Shown: positions 17,988 to 27,639 of the stretch, piece after piece
Position numbering within the stretch: the stretch's first letter is position 1
Layout: each line of letters starts with the position of its first letter
DNA from: a virus
Taxonomy: Duplodnaviria > Heunggongvirae > Uroviricota > Caudoviricetes
Direction: 5' to 3' (one strand)
Length of the DNA: 64,000 nt
Virus record (IMG/VR): IMGVR_UViG_3300037400_002787
Coordinates: 1 to 64,000 of that record
The notes under the pieces: model-generated
Told to the model about the DNA's origin: nothing
What the model saw: the letters and a program-made list of their open reading frames with translations, nothing else
Database searches by the model: none
Program-made: the position numbers and the translations under genes

Positions 17988-18818
17988 ATGAAAAATACGA
18001 AACTGAAGACGATGATGCTGGCGGTAGTGGCACTGTCGGCAAGCCTGTTTTTATGGGGGCAACCGATACGGTCTATTGTTTCTGCTCGTAGCACCAACAT
18101 CATAGCCGATGAGATACCCTTCGACTGTCCCTATGTGACGGATGGACTGATAGCGATATGGGATGGTTTGACGGCAGATGGGCGCATTAGGGAATGGACT
18201 GGGCATTTCTCTGACATGTCAGTGGAAGGTGAGTTGTACGAAGAAGATGGGATGTGTGTGGCGGCGGTAGATTCCGTTCTCACGGTAGACAATTCTGGGA
18301 TGCAGGGTCTGTTCGACGAAGTATTCAGGACGAAGAGCGGCGGGTATACGGTGGAGTGGACGATAGACTTCTCCAAGTACCCATATACAGAGAATACCTA
18401 CCCAGAGCCTTTCGTATTCGGGTATAGATATTTCCTTCGCGGCTATATATTTCTGCGGGGCGGTGCTCATAGGGATTACGGATGTGCTGGGATACTTGAA
18501 GTTCCACCTAATGTCCCATGGAAAGCAATTCCTCCGATAGCCTACCACTGTGTTTCATATAGCGGTGAGGACAATCTAGCCGATGTCATATGGGCAGGTG
18601 GCAACATTTCCCAAAGCAAGGAGCAAGGGGTTCAATCGGGATGGATAGACCGTCTTGCCCCAGGCAAAGACTTGCATTGGAGAATTGTCCAAAGTGCCAT
18701 TACTGTAGACCTGACTGCGGGGTGCAGGTTCGGGAGCATAAGGGTATACAACCGTCCGCTTACACGGGAAGAAATCGAGTTCAATTACCAGATAGACAAG
18801 GAGCGTTTTGGGATATGA
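17988..18818 (+). CDS. secreted LamG/concanavalin-like domain protein, type B
   Basis: Signal peptide, post-signal PIRSIVSARS. C-terminus IRVYNRPLTREEIEFNYQIDKERFG resembles the Laminin_G_3 end (vRiYNRaLs.eEi). Confidence 0.55.
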   Translation: MKNTKLKTMMLAVVALSASLFLWGQPIRSIVSARSTNIIADEIPFDCPYVTDGLIAIWDGLTADGRIREWTGHFSDMSVEGELYEEDGMCVAAVDSVLTVDNSGMQGLFDEVFRTKSGGYTVEWTIDFSKYPYTENTYPEPFVFGYRYFLRGYIFLRGGAHRDYGCAGILEVPPNVPWKAIPPIAYHCVSYSGEDNLADVIWAGGNISQSKEQGVQSGWIDRLAPGKDLHWRIVQSAITVDLTAGCRFGSIRVYNRPLTREEIEFNYQIDKERFGI

Positions 18819-19609
18819 AATCAATTATAACCCGTCGAGAAATGATAATGGGAGCGGGGGCGCTCCTTGGTAGCGGAGCGTTTGCATCGCCCGTGCGGAG
18901 CCTTGTTGGAGCGCATGGCATAGGGATGGTGGAGTCAGAGGGGTCTGTTATCCCCTCCGCCAGCAACTACATACAGGACGGTCTCGTCGCCATGTGGGAC
19001 GGGGTAGAGAATGCGGGGTTAGGGGAACATAATAGTCGGTTGAACACTTGGGTTGACCTTACTGGGAATCACGAAGTGACGACGACGGGTACACCTACAT
19101 GGACGAAGAATGCACTTAGACTCAAATCTTCAAACTATTTCTCTTTTCAGAATACCGACATAAGGAATGCGATACTGGCGCATACAATTACCGTTGAGAT
19201 GGTTTATTCGGATTTGGTTTATTCTGGATATCAACCAGCTCTTATTGGATTATATGAGCACGGTGTGATATATTTCTATTATAACCAAAATGGTTCATTT
19301 TGTCATCAGTTTAATTGGGCTGGATCTGCATTCCACAATATAAAAACTTGCACAGATACAATCGTTTATACTACATCGTCTCATTGTGGAAATTTCATAA
19401 ATGGGGAAAAGATTAGTTCATGGCAAGCACCACAAAAGAATGCTGGATCTAATACTTCTTTATGCTATATCAATAAAAGTATATTAGGTAATAGTTTCAA
19501 TAGCGGCAACCTACATTGTGTGCGAATCTACACCAGAAATCTCAGCGATTTGGAAATCGCCTACAACTACGACCTCGATGTAATGCGCTTCGGGCTCCCC
19601 AAAGCATAA
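18815..19609 (+). CDS. secreted LamG-like protein with twin-arginine signal, type B
   Basis: MKSIITRREMIMGAGALLGSGAFASP (TRRxxI/M Tat motif). C-terminus VRIYTRNLSDLEIAYNYDLDVMRFG. ATGA overlap with upstream gene. Confidence 0.55.
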   Translation: MKSIITRREMIMGAGALLGSGAFASPVRSLVGAHGIGMVESEGSVIPSASNYIQDGLVAMWDGVENAGLGEHNSRLNTWVDLTGNHEVTTTGTPTWTKNALRLKSSNYFSFQNTDIRNAILAHTITVEMVYSDLVYSGYQPALIGLYEHGVIYFYYNQNGSFCHQFNWAGSAFHNIKTCTDTIVYTTSSHCGNFINGEKISSWQAPQKNAGSNTSLCYINKSILGNSFNSGNLHCVRIYTRNLSDLEIAYNYDLDVMRFGLPKA

Positions 19610-19619
19610 GGAGAAATCT

Positions 19620-20456
19620 ATGACAACACGAAGAGAGATTATCAAGTCTGGCATCGGTCTGGCAGGCATCATTGCGGCAGGCAAAGCCCCTGCTGCCATA
19701 GTCAGGTCGCTCGTGGGTGCGGCAGGCACTAAGTATCTCGAAGACGGCAGCGGAATCCCCGAGAACCCTACTGCCGCCGACTATATTCGGGAAAACATCT
19801 TGGCGATGTGGGACGGCATTGAAAATGTTGGTTGGGGAGAACATGACAACGACTCAGCCATCTGGAAGGACTTGGCAGGCAATTATGATTTAGGACTTTA
19901 TGGCGATTGTGTTTGGTCGGAAGATAAGATAACCTTCTCTTCGTCTGTGAATTCATACTGCAAGCGGCAGGGGCAATTTAGCCCTTATTCAATAAAAACT
20001 GTCGAGGTCGTGCTGTTGCCTGTCCAACTGGCTTCTAACAATAATAGTTATATTGTCTTGGCTTATAATGGCTGGAATGGTTCTTTTGGATTGGCACGAC
20101 AAGGGGAAACTTTTATCACTGGAGCACAAACCAACTATTCGTTTTCTGCCGCAGGCTACGACCTTACAATACCGCATACCATCTCATATACGGGAGATAA
20201 CCATGGTGGAACCCGCAGTTTCTATATAGATGGATTGCCGGCACCACAAGCCTCAAGACCTAACTTTAGTATTGACTGGGAAGGAAGAAGGACAACCCCT
20301 CCCGATGGATCTGGAATCCTGTTCAATTCTAATTGGGTACATCAACAGGGGTATGACTTGTATGCCGTCAGGGTTCACTCACAAAAATTGACCGACAAGG
20401 AAATCCGCTACAACTACCTCATAGACCAGATGAGGTTTGGACTGCCCACAACTTAA
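19620..20456 (+). CDS. secreted LamG-like protein with twin-arginine signal, type B
   Basis: MTTRREIIKSGIGLAGIIAAG Tat motif. C-terminus VRVHSQKLTDKEIRYNYLIDQMRFG. Confidence 0.55.
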   Translation: MTTRREIIKSGIGLAGIIAAGKAPAAIVRSLVGAAGTKYLEDGSGIPENPTAADYIRENILAMWDGIENVGWGEHDNDSAIWKDLAGNYDLGLYGDCVWSEDKITFSSSVNSYCKRQGQFSPYSIKTVEVVLLPVQLASNNNSYIVLAYNGWNGSFGLARQGETFITGAQTNYSFSAAGYDLTIPHTISYTGDNHGGTRSFYIDGLPAPQASRPNFSIDWEGRRTTPPDGSGILFNSNWVHQQGYDLYAVRVHSQKLTDKEIRYNYLIDQMRFGLPTT

Positions 20457-20468
20457 GGAATGATACTT

Positions 20469-21227
20469 ATGAAGAAGATACTTGCCATAGTCTTCGCCCT
20501 CTGTGTCGGGATTGCATTTGCTGCTCCGATTAGGTCTATGCTTGCCTCTAGGGGCGAGGAATTTGTGGAGTCCGAGAAAGATCCGCCATATCCGCTTCCC
20601 GACGGTGTTGTTGCCGTGGAATATCTTCAAGGTGATGGAGCAAGCGGCATTCTCGTACCCTATAATATCAGAAATCAATATGGTACTATTTCTCTTGCAT
20701 ACTACAACACTGATTACACAAAATCTAGTTATGTTTTTGGACAAAGGTTGATTGGTGGAGCAAATAATTTTGCTTTTACACTGCAACATAACCGCAATCA
20801 AAATAGACTTTTTAGACAATATTCTCAATTCTTTGTGAATCCTTATAATGGTGGTAGTCAATGGTATTCCTCCTTAGAAAATGGACAGTTGACCAAACTG
20901 TTCACCTACAGCCTGGACATTAGCACGAAGACCGCTACATGGTACAACGGTTCCGAGACGGTATTGACCAGTAGCGACTTCCCTGAATCCTCAAATCTGG
21001 GAGTCTTTGGGGTGGCAAATGCTGCAGGAAACGGATTCTATTCATACGGTGTGATTAAGTTGCTGTATTTCAAGATAGAACAAGATGGAGTTATGGTTTA
21101 TGACCTAATTCCTGTCCGCTTCCTCAACGAAGACGGTATTTGGGAGGGGGCGATGTACGACCTCGTTTCCGAAGAACTTTTCCTCAACCAAGGCACGGGC
21201 TCTTTCATCATCGGACCAGACCTCTAG
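20469..21227 (+). CDS. secreted protein, paralog family type A
   Basis: Signal peptide, post-signal PIRSMLAS. C-terminus DLIPVRFLNEDGIWEGAMYDLVSEELFLNQGTGSFIIGPDL. Confidence 0.55.
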   Translation: MKKILAIVFALCVGIAFAAPIRSMLASRGEEFVESEKDPPYPLPDGVVAVEYLQGDGASGILVPYNIRNQYGTISLAYYNTDYTKSSYVFGQRLIGGANNFAFTLQHNRNQNRLFRQYSQFFVNPYNGGSQWYSSLENGQLTKLFTYSLDISTKTATWYNGSETVLTSSDFPESSNLGVFGVANAAGNGFYSYGVIKLLYFKIEQDGVMVYDLIPVRFLNEDGIWEGAMYDLVSEELFLNQGTGSFIIGPDL

Positions 21228-21233
21228 CCCCTA

Positions 21234-21665
21234 ATGCCCCGCCCCCGCTCCATCTCCCCTCTAACCCAGACGGTCAAACTGTGTTTATCCGTCCTTCTCT
21301 CCCTCTCCACTGGCTGCATGAACCTCTATACCCGCTGCCCAGGCACTAAGCCCAAAATCTCCCGCTGCTACCAGTCCACTAAAGCTATGGCTTCCATCTC
21401 CTACTCCCTCGCCTTCCCTCAAACACTCGACGGACACGACCCCTCCTTCTCACTCGATAACCTCGGCACTATACCTTTCGCTCTAATCTGCTGTCTCGAT
21501 ACCGCCTGCGAAGCCGTACTTGATACCGTTTTCCTCCCGTTCGACTATTTCGTCGCCCGCTACCGCAACAAAACCTTCGCCGCCCCCGTCCACTGCCCAC
21601 CCTATTCCCCGCTCCCCATCTCCCCAACCCCAACCTCCCAAGCAGCATCGTCATGTTTGATGTAA
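21234..21665 (+). CDS. hypothetical Pro/Ser-rich protein with atypical C-ending codon usage
   Basis: Strong third-position C periodicity (ccC cgC tcC atC ...) supports this frame as coding, despite odd composition. Confidence 0.4.
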   Translation: MPRPRSISPLTQTVKLCLSVLLSLSTGCMNLYTRCPGTKPKISRCYQSTKAMASISYSLAFPQTLDGHDPSFSLDNLGTIPFALICCLDTACEAVLDTVFLPFDYFVARYRNKTFAAPVHCPPYSPLPISPTPTSQAASSCLM

Positions 21666-21847
21666 TCAAATTTCTTCTAGGCAGAAGCACTTGCCGCAAA
21701 TGCATATATCGCAGGCTCTGGGGTCTATACTGCGGATTCCCCTGTGCAAAGGAAGCCATCTTCCCTGCTAGTGCTTGGCAAAAGTGGGGCTGCTAGCACT
21801 ACACTAAACGACCCTATGCGCCCCTAACCGACCCTAATTGTCAAAAA

Positions 21848-22330
21848 ATGTCCCCCATGCCCCGCGAAAACAAAGAGCAAACAGTTCTCCGCCTCATCGA
21901 CGAATGCCGCAGATACGACCTCCACGGTCTCGACTTCATTCTCTCCATTCCACTCAAAGACCTCGTTGCCTCCTATAACGGAATCGGCCCCGACTCCTTC
22001 CCCAAGCCCATCTGCAAAGCCCTCGACCGCCTCTCACCAGAACTCCGCTGCTGCGCCCTCATACACGATGCCCGCTTCTCCTTCGGCGACGGCTCCCTCG
22101 AATGGTTCATGATGGCAAACGACGAGTTCGAATACAACGGACTTCTCATCGCCAATACCGTCTGCCGCTGGTACAATCCCCGTCGCTACATACTTCGCCA
22201 CCGCGTCCGGGTCTATGCCGCCGCCTGCCGCATCTTCGGCTGGGATTCCTTTGTCGCCTGCTATTCAACGAAAGCTAGGTCAACAAATCCCGATTTGGCG
22301 GACTTTTGTTTTTTTCCAAAAAAAAATTAA
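21848..22330 (+). CDS. hypothetical protein with atypical C-ending codon usage; CCxxxHD motif (possible PLA2-like)
   Basis: Codon third positions strongly C. Motif CCALIHDARF. Confidence 0.45.
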   Translation: MSPMPRENKEQTVLRLIDECRRYDLHGLDFILSIPLKDLVASYNGIGPDSFPKPICKALDRLSPELRCCALIHDARFSFGDGSLEWFMMANDEFEYNGLLIANTVCRWYNPRRYILRHRVRVYAAACRIFGWDSFVACYSTKARSTNPDLADFCFFPKKN

Positions 22331-22338
22331 AAACCCCC

Positions 22339-22368
22339 TTGCAATAATCCACAATATTTTGATATAAT
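22339..22368 (+). promoter_or_regulatory. sigma70-type phage promoter
   Basis: cccccTTGCAAtaatcc, N, TGATATAAT. Confidence 0.65.
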
Positions 22369-22408
22369 ATCTTTCGTGCGGGGGCATATATAGTGTAAGA
22401 GGGAAAAT

Positions 22409-22948
22409 ATGCAGGTAAAATTAACCCGCCTAACAGACTGGCAGTTGGTTGTGGACGAGGCAAGGCGAACCGCTTGGAAGGATTCGCTTGGTAGAGAGCC
22501 GTCTCATGAGTTCAAGATGAGGGCATTGATGAGCCGCCACTCACCTATTCAGGCTCTTCTCTTTAGGATTGAATTCTCTGAACTCCCCTATTGGGTCTCC
22601 GTGCATCTCGTAAGGCATCATTCTGTAGACGGACATTGGGTGTCTTCTCAGAGGCCCGATAGGTCTCCTAGTGGTGCTAGCCGTCATTCGATTCCGCAGG
22701 ATGCTCCTGTGTTTCACGATATAATACTCAATGCACAAGAGATTCTCTACATCTCGAAAAAGCGATTGTGTATGCAGGCTTCGCCAGAAACTAGAGTGGC
22801 ATGGCAGATGGTAGTGGAAGAACTAAAGAGAATAGGAGAGACAGAACTCGCGGCATTTTGCCAGCCAGAGTGCTGGTGGTGCGGAAATGAATGTCCAGAG
22901 TCGAAGCCGTGTGGGATGTGTCCACCCAAGAAATTTCCGATACCATAA
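22409..22948 (+). CDS. ThyX-like (flavin-dependent thymidylate synthase-related) protein, divergent
   Basis: FRIEFSELPYWVSVHLVRHHSVDGHWVSSQRP resembles the ThyX block F.F.v.ap.fv.rQlvRHR...S..SQRY. N-terminus resembles a ThyX start. Shorter than canonical ThyX. Confidence 0.35.
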   Translation: MQVKLTRLTDWQLVVDEARRTAWKDSLGREPSHEFKMRALMSRHSPIQALLFRIEFSELPYWVSVHLVRHHSVDGHWVSSQRPDRSPSGASRHSIPQDAPVFHDIILNAQEILYISKKRLCMQASPETRVAWQMVVEELKRIGETELAAFCQPECWWCGNECPESKPCGMCPPKKFPIP

Positions 22949-22971
22949 AGCAAAAAAAGGAGAAACAAAAA

Positions 22972-23340
22972 ATGCAAGACAAAACCAAGAAGGTGGTGCA
23001 GAAATCTTCTCTTGCCCCAAAGACAGAGACCCACAAGTTCAAGAAGGGCTGCACCCCTTGGAACAAGGGAAAGAAAATGCCAAAGAAGGATTCGCCAAAG
23101 ACCGAGGCTAAATCCAAGAAGAAGCCTATTGACGAGAACACCGTTGAGATTAAAATCGTAAAAGAGAGCAAACCGCTTCCGTCTAAGGAATTCGAAGGGA
23201 AGTTCGAAGACATTAAGGAGCATACTGCAATAAGTTTTATTAGGGCGGTGTTGGCAAACGAGCCAGATTGCATAAACATCGACGGACGGAAGTACTATCG
23301 CAACAATATTCTGAAAAATATTTATGACGAAAGGAACTAG
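22972..23340 (+). CDS. hypothetical basic protein
   Basis: SD aaaggagaaacaaaaaATG. Lys-rich. Confidence 0.5.
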   Translation: MQDKTKKVVQKSSLAPKTETHKFKKGCTPWNKGKKMPKKDSPKTEAKSKKKPIDENTVEIKIVKESKPLPSKEFEGKFEDIKEHTAISFIRAVLANEPDCINIDGRKYYRNNILKNIYDERN

Positions 23341-23537
23341 TACAGAAAGCTCTTTAAGATAGCAGTGGACTCGCTGCTAGATGTTGTTTCCATTGGCGAT
23401 GAGATGTCCGCCGAGATAATTAGACTTAGGAAGAAACTTAGAATTAAGAGTATTATGCTCCACATAGCCTATATTGCAACGATGACATTCTGTGGAATTG
23501 CTATAGGGAAAGGCATTGCGGCCTTTGCTAGATAAAT

Positions 23538-24314
23538 ATGTCGCTTCCAAGACTTAACCCCAAACTTATGTCTGCAGCCGCAAGAGCGAATCTTGAACGG
23601 CTGCAGACGAATCTTGGATTGAGCCGCCAAGATGAAGCCGCAACATCAAGAGTTGACGGAACTTCTCGAAGGGGACACCATAAGAAGACCTTAACCCCAG
23701 ATATGGCGGACAATCTAGTAAAATCCGTTAATGTCTTTGACAATGGGAATAGAATTCAGATTCTTCTAGCAGTCAATCCGGCTCAACTCCCAACAGCCCA
23801 ACAGAAAGGGGCATTTGTCGGCAAAGACGGAAAGGTTCATTTCTTTACAAAGGGTAAGGTGGCGAAGGCCGGGAAAGCCCTTGCAAAGGCTTTAGCCCCC
23901 TATGCAAGGATGACGGAAAGTTGGGGAAAAGTTCCGATACAGTTCACATTCGACACATATTTCCAATACCCAACGGGAACTCCAAAGAAAAACCTTCATA
24001 AAATCGGTCCGCACTTAGAGAGGCCGGATGGAGACAACCTACTGAAACTTCCGGCTGACATTTTGACAGAAGTCGGTTTCTGGAAGGACGATTGTGTGAT
24101 AGACAACTATATAATTCGGAAGCGGCGAACCACCGGACCCGCCTGCATCAAGATGACGATAGAGAATCTGCAGCCTAAATTCGAGGCATTATACCGCGAA
24201 ACGGAAGAATGCAACCACCCAACCCTATTTCAAAGTCAAGAAACGTTAGCCAAGCCCGCCGAGACAAATCCCCTGTTGGATGCGCTTAACGAAAAAACAG
24301 AGCAAACCAATTAA
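23538..24314 (+). CDS. rusA: RusA-like Holliday-junction resolvase domain protein (start uncertain, possibly 23704)
   Basis: C-terminal half ERPDGDNLLKLPADILTEVGFWKDDCVIDNYIIRKRRT...PACIKMTI matches the RusA PD.DN..K...D.L....DD..I signature. Confidence 0.5.
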   Translation: MSLPRLNPKLMSAAARANLERLQTNLGLSRQDEAATSRVDGTSRRGHHKKTLTPDMADNLVKSVNVFDNGNRIQILLAVNPAQLPTAQQKGAFVGKDGKVHFFTKGKVAKAGKALAKALAPYARMTESWGKVPIQFTFDTYFQYPTGTPKKNLHKIGPHLERPDGDNLLKLPADILTEVGFWKDDCVIDNYIIRKRRTTGPACIKMTIENLQPKFEALYRETEECNHPTLFQSQETLAKPAETNPLLDALNEKTEQTN

Positions 24315-24409
24315 AGTAAAGGAACATCGAATTGGAATGTAATCGTTGCTGTCTGCAGCCCATAATACATGCCTTCACTCAGGCAAATCTAGAGAATTCG
24401 CTTGGTCGT

Positions 24410-25444
24410 ATGAAGACAAAGCAGATTATTGCGGCTGTCAATAATCTCAAGGTTGTTTTTAAGGGCATGTGCAAGAAATGTCAGTCACTGCCTTCAGAAA
24501 CTAATCACCTCATAGAAGACCTAAAAGAAGTATGGAATACCAAATTTGAGGCGATAGCCAAGTCTGTCATACAAGATTCTGAGAATATGAAGCCTCTTGT
24601 AGAAGAACTACGGCAGGCATTTCAGGTAGTATGTCTGACCTGTGCAAAAGTCTCCAACGATGACAATCCATCAAACCATGGACAGACATTTGTTTCACTA
24701 GACAGTGGGAATTGTCAAGCGGACTCTGGAAGGGCGAAGACTACCCATACAGACGACAACATAGTACAGTCACGTGCAGACTGGATAGGTCTGCACAAGT
24801 CTCCGGATGTAGACGATCATACCTTTGGGGTATCGCCTTACGATACTATGGTAATGAAGGAAGAGCCGGAACGTGGCGAGGCTTTGATGAATGAAACCGC
24901 TTCTCTGCTTCCGCCAGAAGTAGAAGATAAGCTCAGGATGGAGTTTTCTAATTTCGTAGAACTCGACATTCTAGACAAACTTCTACTATCCTGTATGATG
25001 TCTGGGATGAACATAGCGGAATTCGCAAAGATGCTATGGTTTCCTTACTCTATTGTAGACCCCAAGACTAGAACTGTCAAGGCCATAACTAAACAGGCCG
25101 CACATGCGAGATGGATAAATATATGCAAAAGATTTCCAGTCTTTATGTCTGTTGCGGTCTCTAACGTTAAAGACAACAAAAAAGCCCTAGCGAAACTCCG
25201 CGCATTCATCAACGACCCGAACGGAGACGAGCCAACGGATAAATTCCAGAACGGCAAGATGTCGGCTGTCTATGCCAAAGCCGCCAGAAAAGCCAAAGAA
25301 GAGGCGGAGCGGAAGAGAATGCTAAAGGAGAGCAGGAACGGAAAAAATCTCAAGAAGAACAATGCCGTTCCGAAGAAGGAGCCTAAACCCAAAAAGGGCA
25401 TATTCCCGACAAAAAAAGAAGAATGTCTGCCGGGACTTTTCTAG
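24410..25444 (+). CDS. hypothetical protein (start uncertain)
   Basis: Long ORF 24332-25445. First in-frame ATG at 24410. Lys-rich C-terminus. Confidence 0.45.
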   Translation: MKTKQIIAAVNNLKVVFKGMCKKCQSLPSETNHLIEDLKEVWNTKFEAIAKSVIQDSENMKPLVEELRQAFQVVCLTCAKVSNDDNPSNHGQTFVSLDSGNCQADSGRAKTTHTDDNIVQSRADWIGLHKSPDVDDHTFGVSPYDTMVMKEEPERGEALMNETASLLPPEVEDKLRMEFSNFVELDILDKLLLSCMMSGMNIAEFAKMLWFPYSIVDPKTRTVKAITKQAAHARWINICKRFPVFMSVAVSNVKDNKKALAKLRAFINDPNGDEPTDKFQNGKMSAVYAKAARKAKEEAERKRMLKESRNGKNLKKNNAVPKKEPKPKKGIFPTKKEECLPGLF

Positions 25445-25455
25445 GAGAATAGACT

Positions 25456-25617
25456 ATGCAAGACTTCATATACCGACTCTTGAATAGCAAGGCTTTCCTT
25501 TTCGGATTCGTTTTCCTTCTCTTGGTTGTATATCTTGTAATCCCGGAAATCCAAGCCGAAAGAGAAAGACAAAAAAGAAGGAGAGAACATGGAGAAAGTA
25601 GAGATAGACCTGTTTGA
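25456..25617 (+). CDS. possible small membrane protein (53 aa)
   Basis: SD ctaggagaatagactATG. Hydrophobic core FLFGFVFLLLVVYLVI. Confidence 0.35.
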   Translation: MQDFIYRLLNSKAFLFGFVFLLLVVYLVIPEIQAERERQKRRREHGESRDRPV

Positions 25618-25709
25618 CGGCGAAGAGTCCGACCTTTTCGGAGAAGAGGAAGAAGACCTCTTTCCAACCTTTAACCCACCCACCAAAAACCAAAAACAAG
25701 GAGAAATCA

Positions 25710-26180
25710 ATGAGCAGCAAGAAGAAGAGCAGCAAGAAAGATAAGGTTAAGATAGCCATTCGGTATGGAGTTGCCATACCTGAGAGAGCGCTGATGGATT
25801 TGCTTAGGCTAGATTGCGCAGGAGCATTGGTAAAGTTCAGCAAGGAATTTGCGAGGTGGAGTCCCAAGGAGATTCTTGCAAGAATGAAGGGACTTGGAGA
25901 GGTGTTTAATGTCACCTCCGCCGTGCTGGACTTGATTCAGTCTTCGTGGAAAGATGCTCTACGCGAATATGCCGAAAACACGAAACTGCCGAAGAATTTC
26001 TGTCCGGCAGGATGCAAGCCGGCAAAGACCGCAAAAGTCAAGAAAGGACTTACGGAACAGGAACAGCACAAGATTCGCGCCCTTAGGAAGCAGGGGTTGT
26101 CGATTAAGGCAATCGGCAAGGAACTCCATCGGGCGGAGAAAGTTGTGGCTGATTTCGTGAGAACCCTGCCGAAGAAGTGA
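25710..26180 (+). CDS. HTH DNA-binding protein
   Basis: SD aaggagaaatcaATG. C-terminal HTH LTEQEQHKIRALRKQGLSIKAIGKELHRAEKVVADFV. Confidence 0.55.
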   Translation: MSSKKKSSKKDKVKIAIRYGVAIPERALMDLLRLDCAGALVKFSKEFARWSPKEILARMKGLGEVFNVTSAVLDLIQSSWKDALREYAENTKLPKNFCPAGCKPAKTAKVKKGLTEQEQHKIRALRKQGLSIKAIGKELHRAEKVVADFVRTLPKK

Positions 26181-26203
26181 AAGAAGCAAAAGGCAAGCAG
26201 AGA

Positions 26204-26235
26204 GCCGCCCGAATTTGGGCGGCTTTCTTTTTTGG
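26204..26235 (+). terminator. rho-independent terminator
   Basis: gccgcccgaatttgggcggc plus tttcttttttgg. Confidence 0.8.
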
Positions 26236-26246
26236 CATAAAGTAAG

Positions 26247-26864
26247 ATGAGTTTTGCCAATCACAACATTCTAGACATAGCCTTGAGCCTTATACCGCCC
26301 ACGGTGGTTCAGATTCGCAAGAATCAAGGAACCGTGGTGAACAAGTATGGGCAGACGGAGGCTTCATATTCTGAATGGATTGATGTATATGGCATAGTCC
26401 AGCCTGGCGGAGAGCAGAACGAACATACAAACGGGGTGGATTTTTCAAAGAAACACGTCACTATCTGGCTAAGAGGAATTGCACTCGACGGTACTCATAT
26501 ACAGTGGGCACCAGACCAAATAAGATATGTGGGAGCAATATACAATGTAGTTGGTGTGAAAGATTGGTTTCCGTATGACAACTACAAGGAATGCGACTGT
26601 GTAGAGGCTATGAATTTGGCAGATAGTCAGAGGGGTGCGGCTATACAGATATCCTCCACGAAGAAGACGGGGACAAGAAGGAGACCGAGAGCAGATAAGC
26701 AGGAAAGTCCAATGCAGCAAATGCTTGTGCTGGAATCTAAAGAGATTGTGCCCACCACAACTCCCGCGCCACCCGAAAAGCCATCGATCTTCACGACAGA
26801 AACAAATACCGATGAATTAAAGAAGGAAAATTCCCTCGTCGGAAAGGCAAGGATTAAATTCTAA
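26247..26864 (+). CDS. hypothetical protein
   Basis: 205-aa ORF. Confidence 0.5.
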   Translation: MSFANHNILDIALSLIPPTVVQIRKNQGTVVNKYGQTEASYSEWIDVYGIVQPGGEQNEHTNGVDFSKKHVTIWLRGIALDGTHIQWAPDQIRYVGAIYNVVGVKDWFPYDNYKECDCVEAMNLADSQRGAAIQISSTKKTGTRRRPRADKQESPMQQMLVLESKEIVPTTTPAPPEKPSIFTTETNTDELKKENSLVGKARIKF

Positions 26865-26891
26865 AAAAAAAAGGAAGTCCGAGGGCAAAAG

Positions 26892-27050
26892 ATGTCCGCA
26901 GAGAAAATGAAATGTAGAGAGTGCGACCTATGCAGCATTGAGGACGAGACCTGCAAACTAACAGGCAGGAAGATAACCTTGGATAGCCTTAGGAACTGTA
27001 AAAAGGGCATAAAAAAAACGGTTTTAGAAAATGCCGAAAGGCACAATTGA
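26892..27050 (+). CDS. possible small zinc-ribbon protein (52 aa)
   Basis: CRECDLC...CKLTG, preceded by a purine-rich SD. Confidence 0.35.
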   Translation: MSAEKMKCRECDLCSIEDETCKLTGRKITLDSLRNCKKGIKKTVLENAERHN

Positions 27051-27065
27051 AAGGAAGCAAAGAAA

Positions 27066-27638
27066 ATGGCAGAAGAAAACATAACGCTGGCTGACTATCT
27101 GGTATCTGCGGCAACTCCTGTTCCTGCAGAAGTGGTGGCTACGGAGGTTATACCCAATGCGACCCCGGCCGAAGTTGTTCAGGAAATCATAGAGAACAAC
27201 ACACCGACCATACTGGATGAGATGATGAAAGACCTTATGGGCAAGGTCAAGAGGATTGGAATGTGCGCCAAAGACCTTCATTATCGTGCTAAGGGCAAGC
27301 CATTCTACGGGCTACATCTTCTTTCTGACCTTGTGTTTCAGGTAGAAGATGACACCGACCATATCGCAGAAATCTATTTCATGGGGGATAGAGGAATTGA
27401 ACCGCCAAGAATGGACGAGGTTTACAAGAGAGCCATAGACCAGATTGTACTCTATCCTAGAGACGACAGATACTTCATTGGTGGTCTTATGGACATATGC
27501 CGCGTCACGATGCACTTCATTGAGGAAATCAAGAAGAGCGGAGACATAAAGTCGGGAGTCGCAGCAGTCCTTGACAAGATTTCAGAGCATTGCCTACTTG
27601 CAATCGGACTCCTCGACCAGACCATAAAGGGGGCTTGA
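27066..27638 (+). CDS. Dps/ferritin-like protein
   Basis: DLHYRAKGKPFYGLHLLSDL....DHIAE...GDRGIEPP follows the Dps pattern HW.vkG..F..LH......D.iAERi..lGg.P. Confidence 0.45.
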   Translation: MAEENITLADYLVSAATPVPAEVVATEVIPNATPAEVVQEIIENNTPTILDEMMKDLMGKVKRIGMCAKDLHYRAKGKPFYGLHLLSDLVFQVEDDTDHIAEIYFMGDRGIEPPRMDEVYKRAIDQIVLYPRDDRYFIGGLMDICRVTMHFIEEIKKSGDIKSGVAAVLDKISEHCLLAIGLLDQTIKGA

Positions 27639-27639
27639 T

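Noticed and set aside
23404-23535. 43-aa hydrophobic ORF in the 23340-23538 intergenic gap.
   Set aside because: No convincing RBS and too short to support.
25589-25744. 51-aa highly acidic ORF (MEKVEIDLFDGEE...) with good SD.
   Set aside because: Overlaps the start of the HTH gene at 25710 by 35 nt in another frame. Possible but not supportable from sequence alone, so not listed as a feature.
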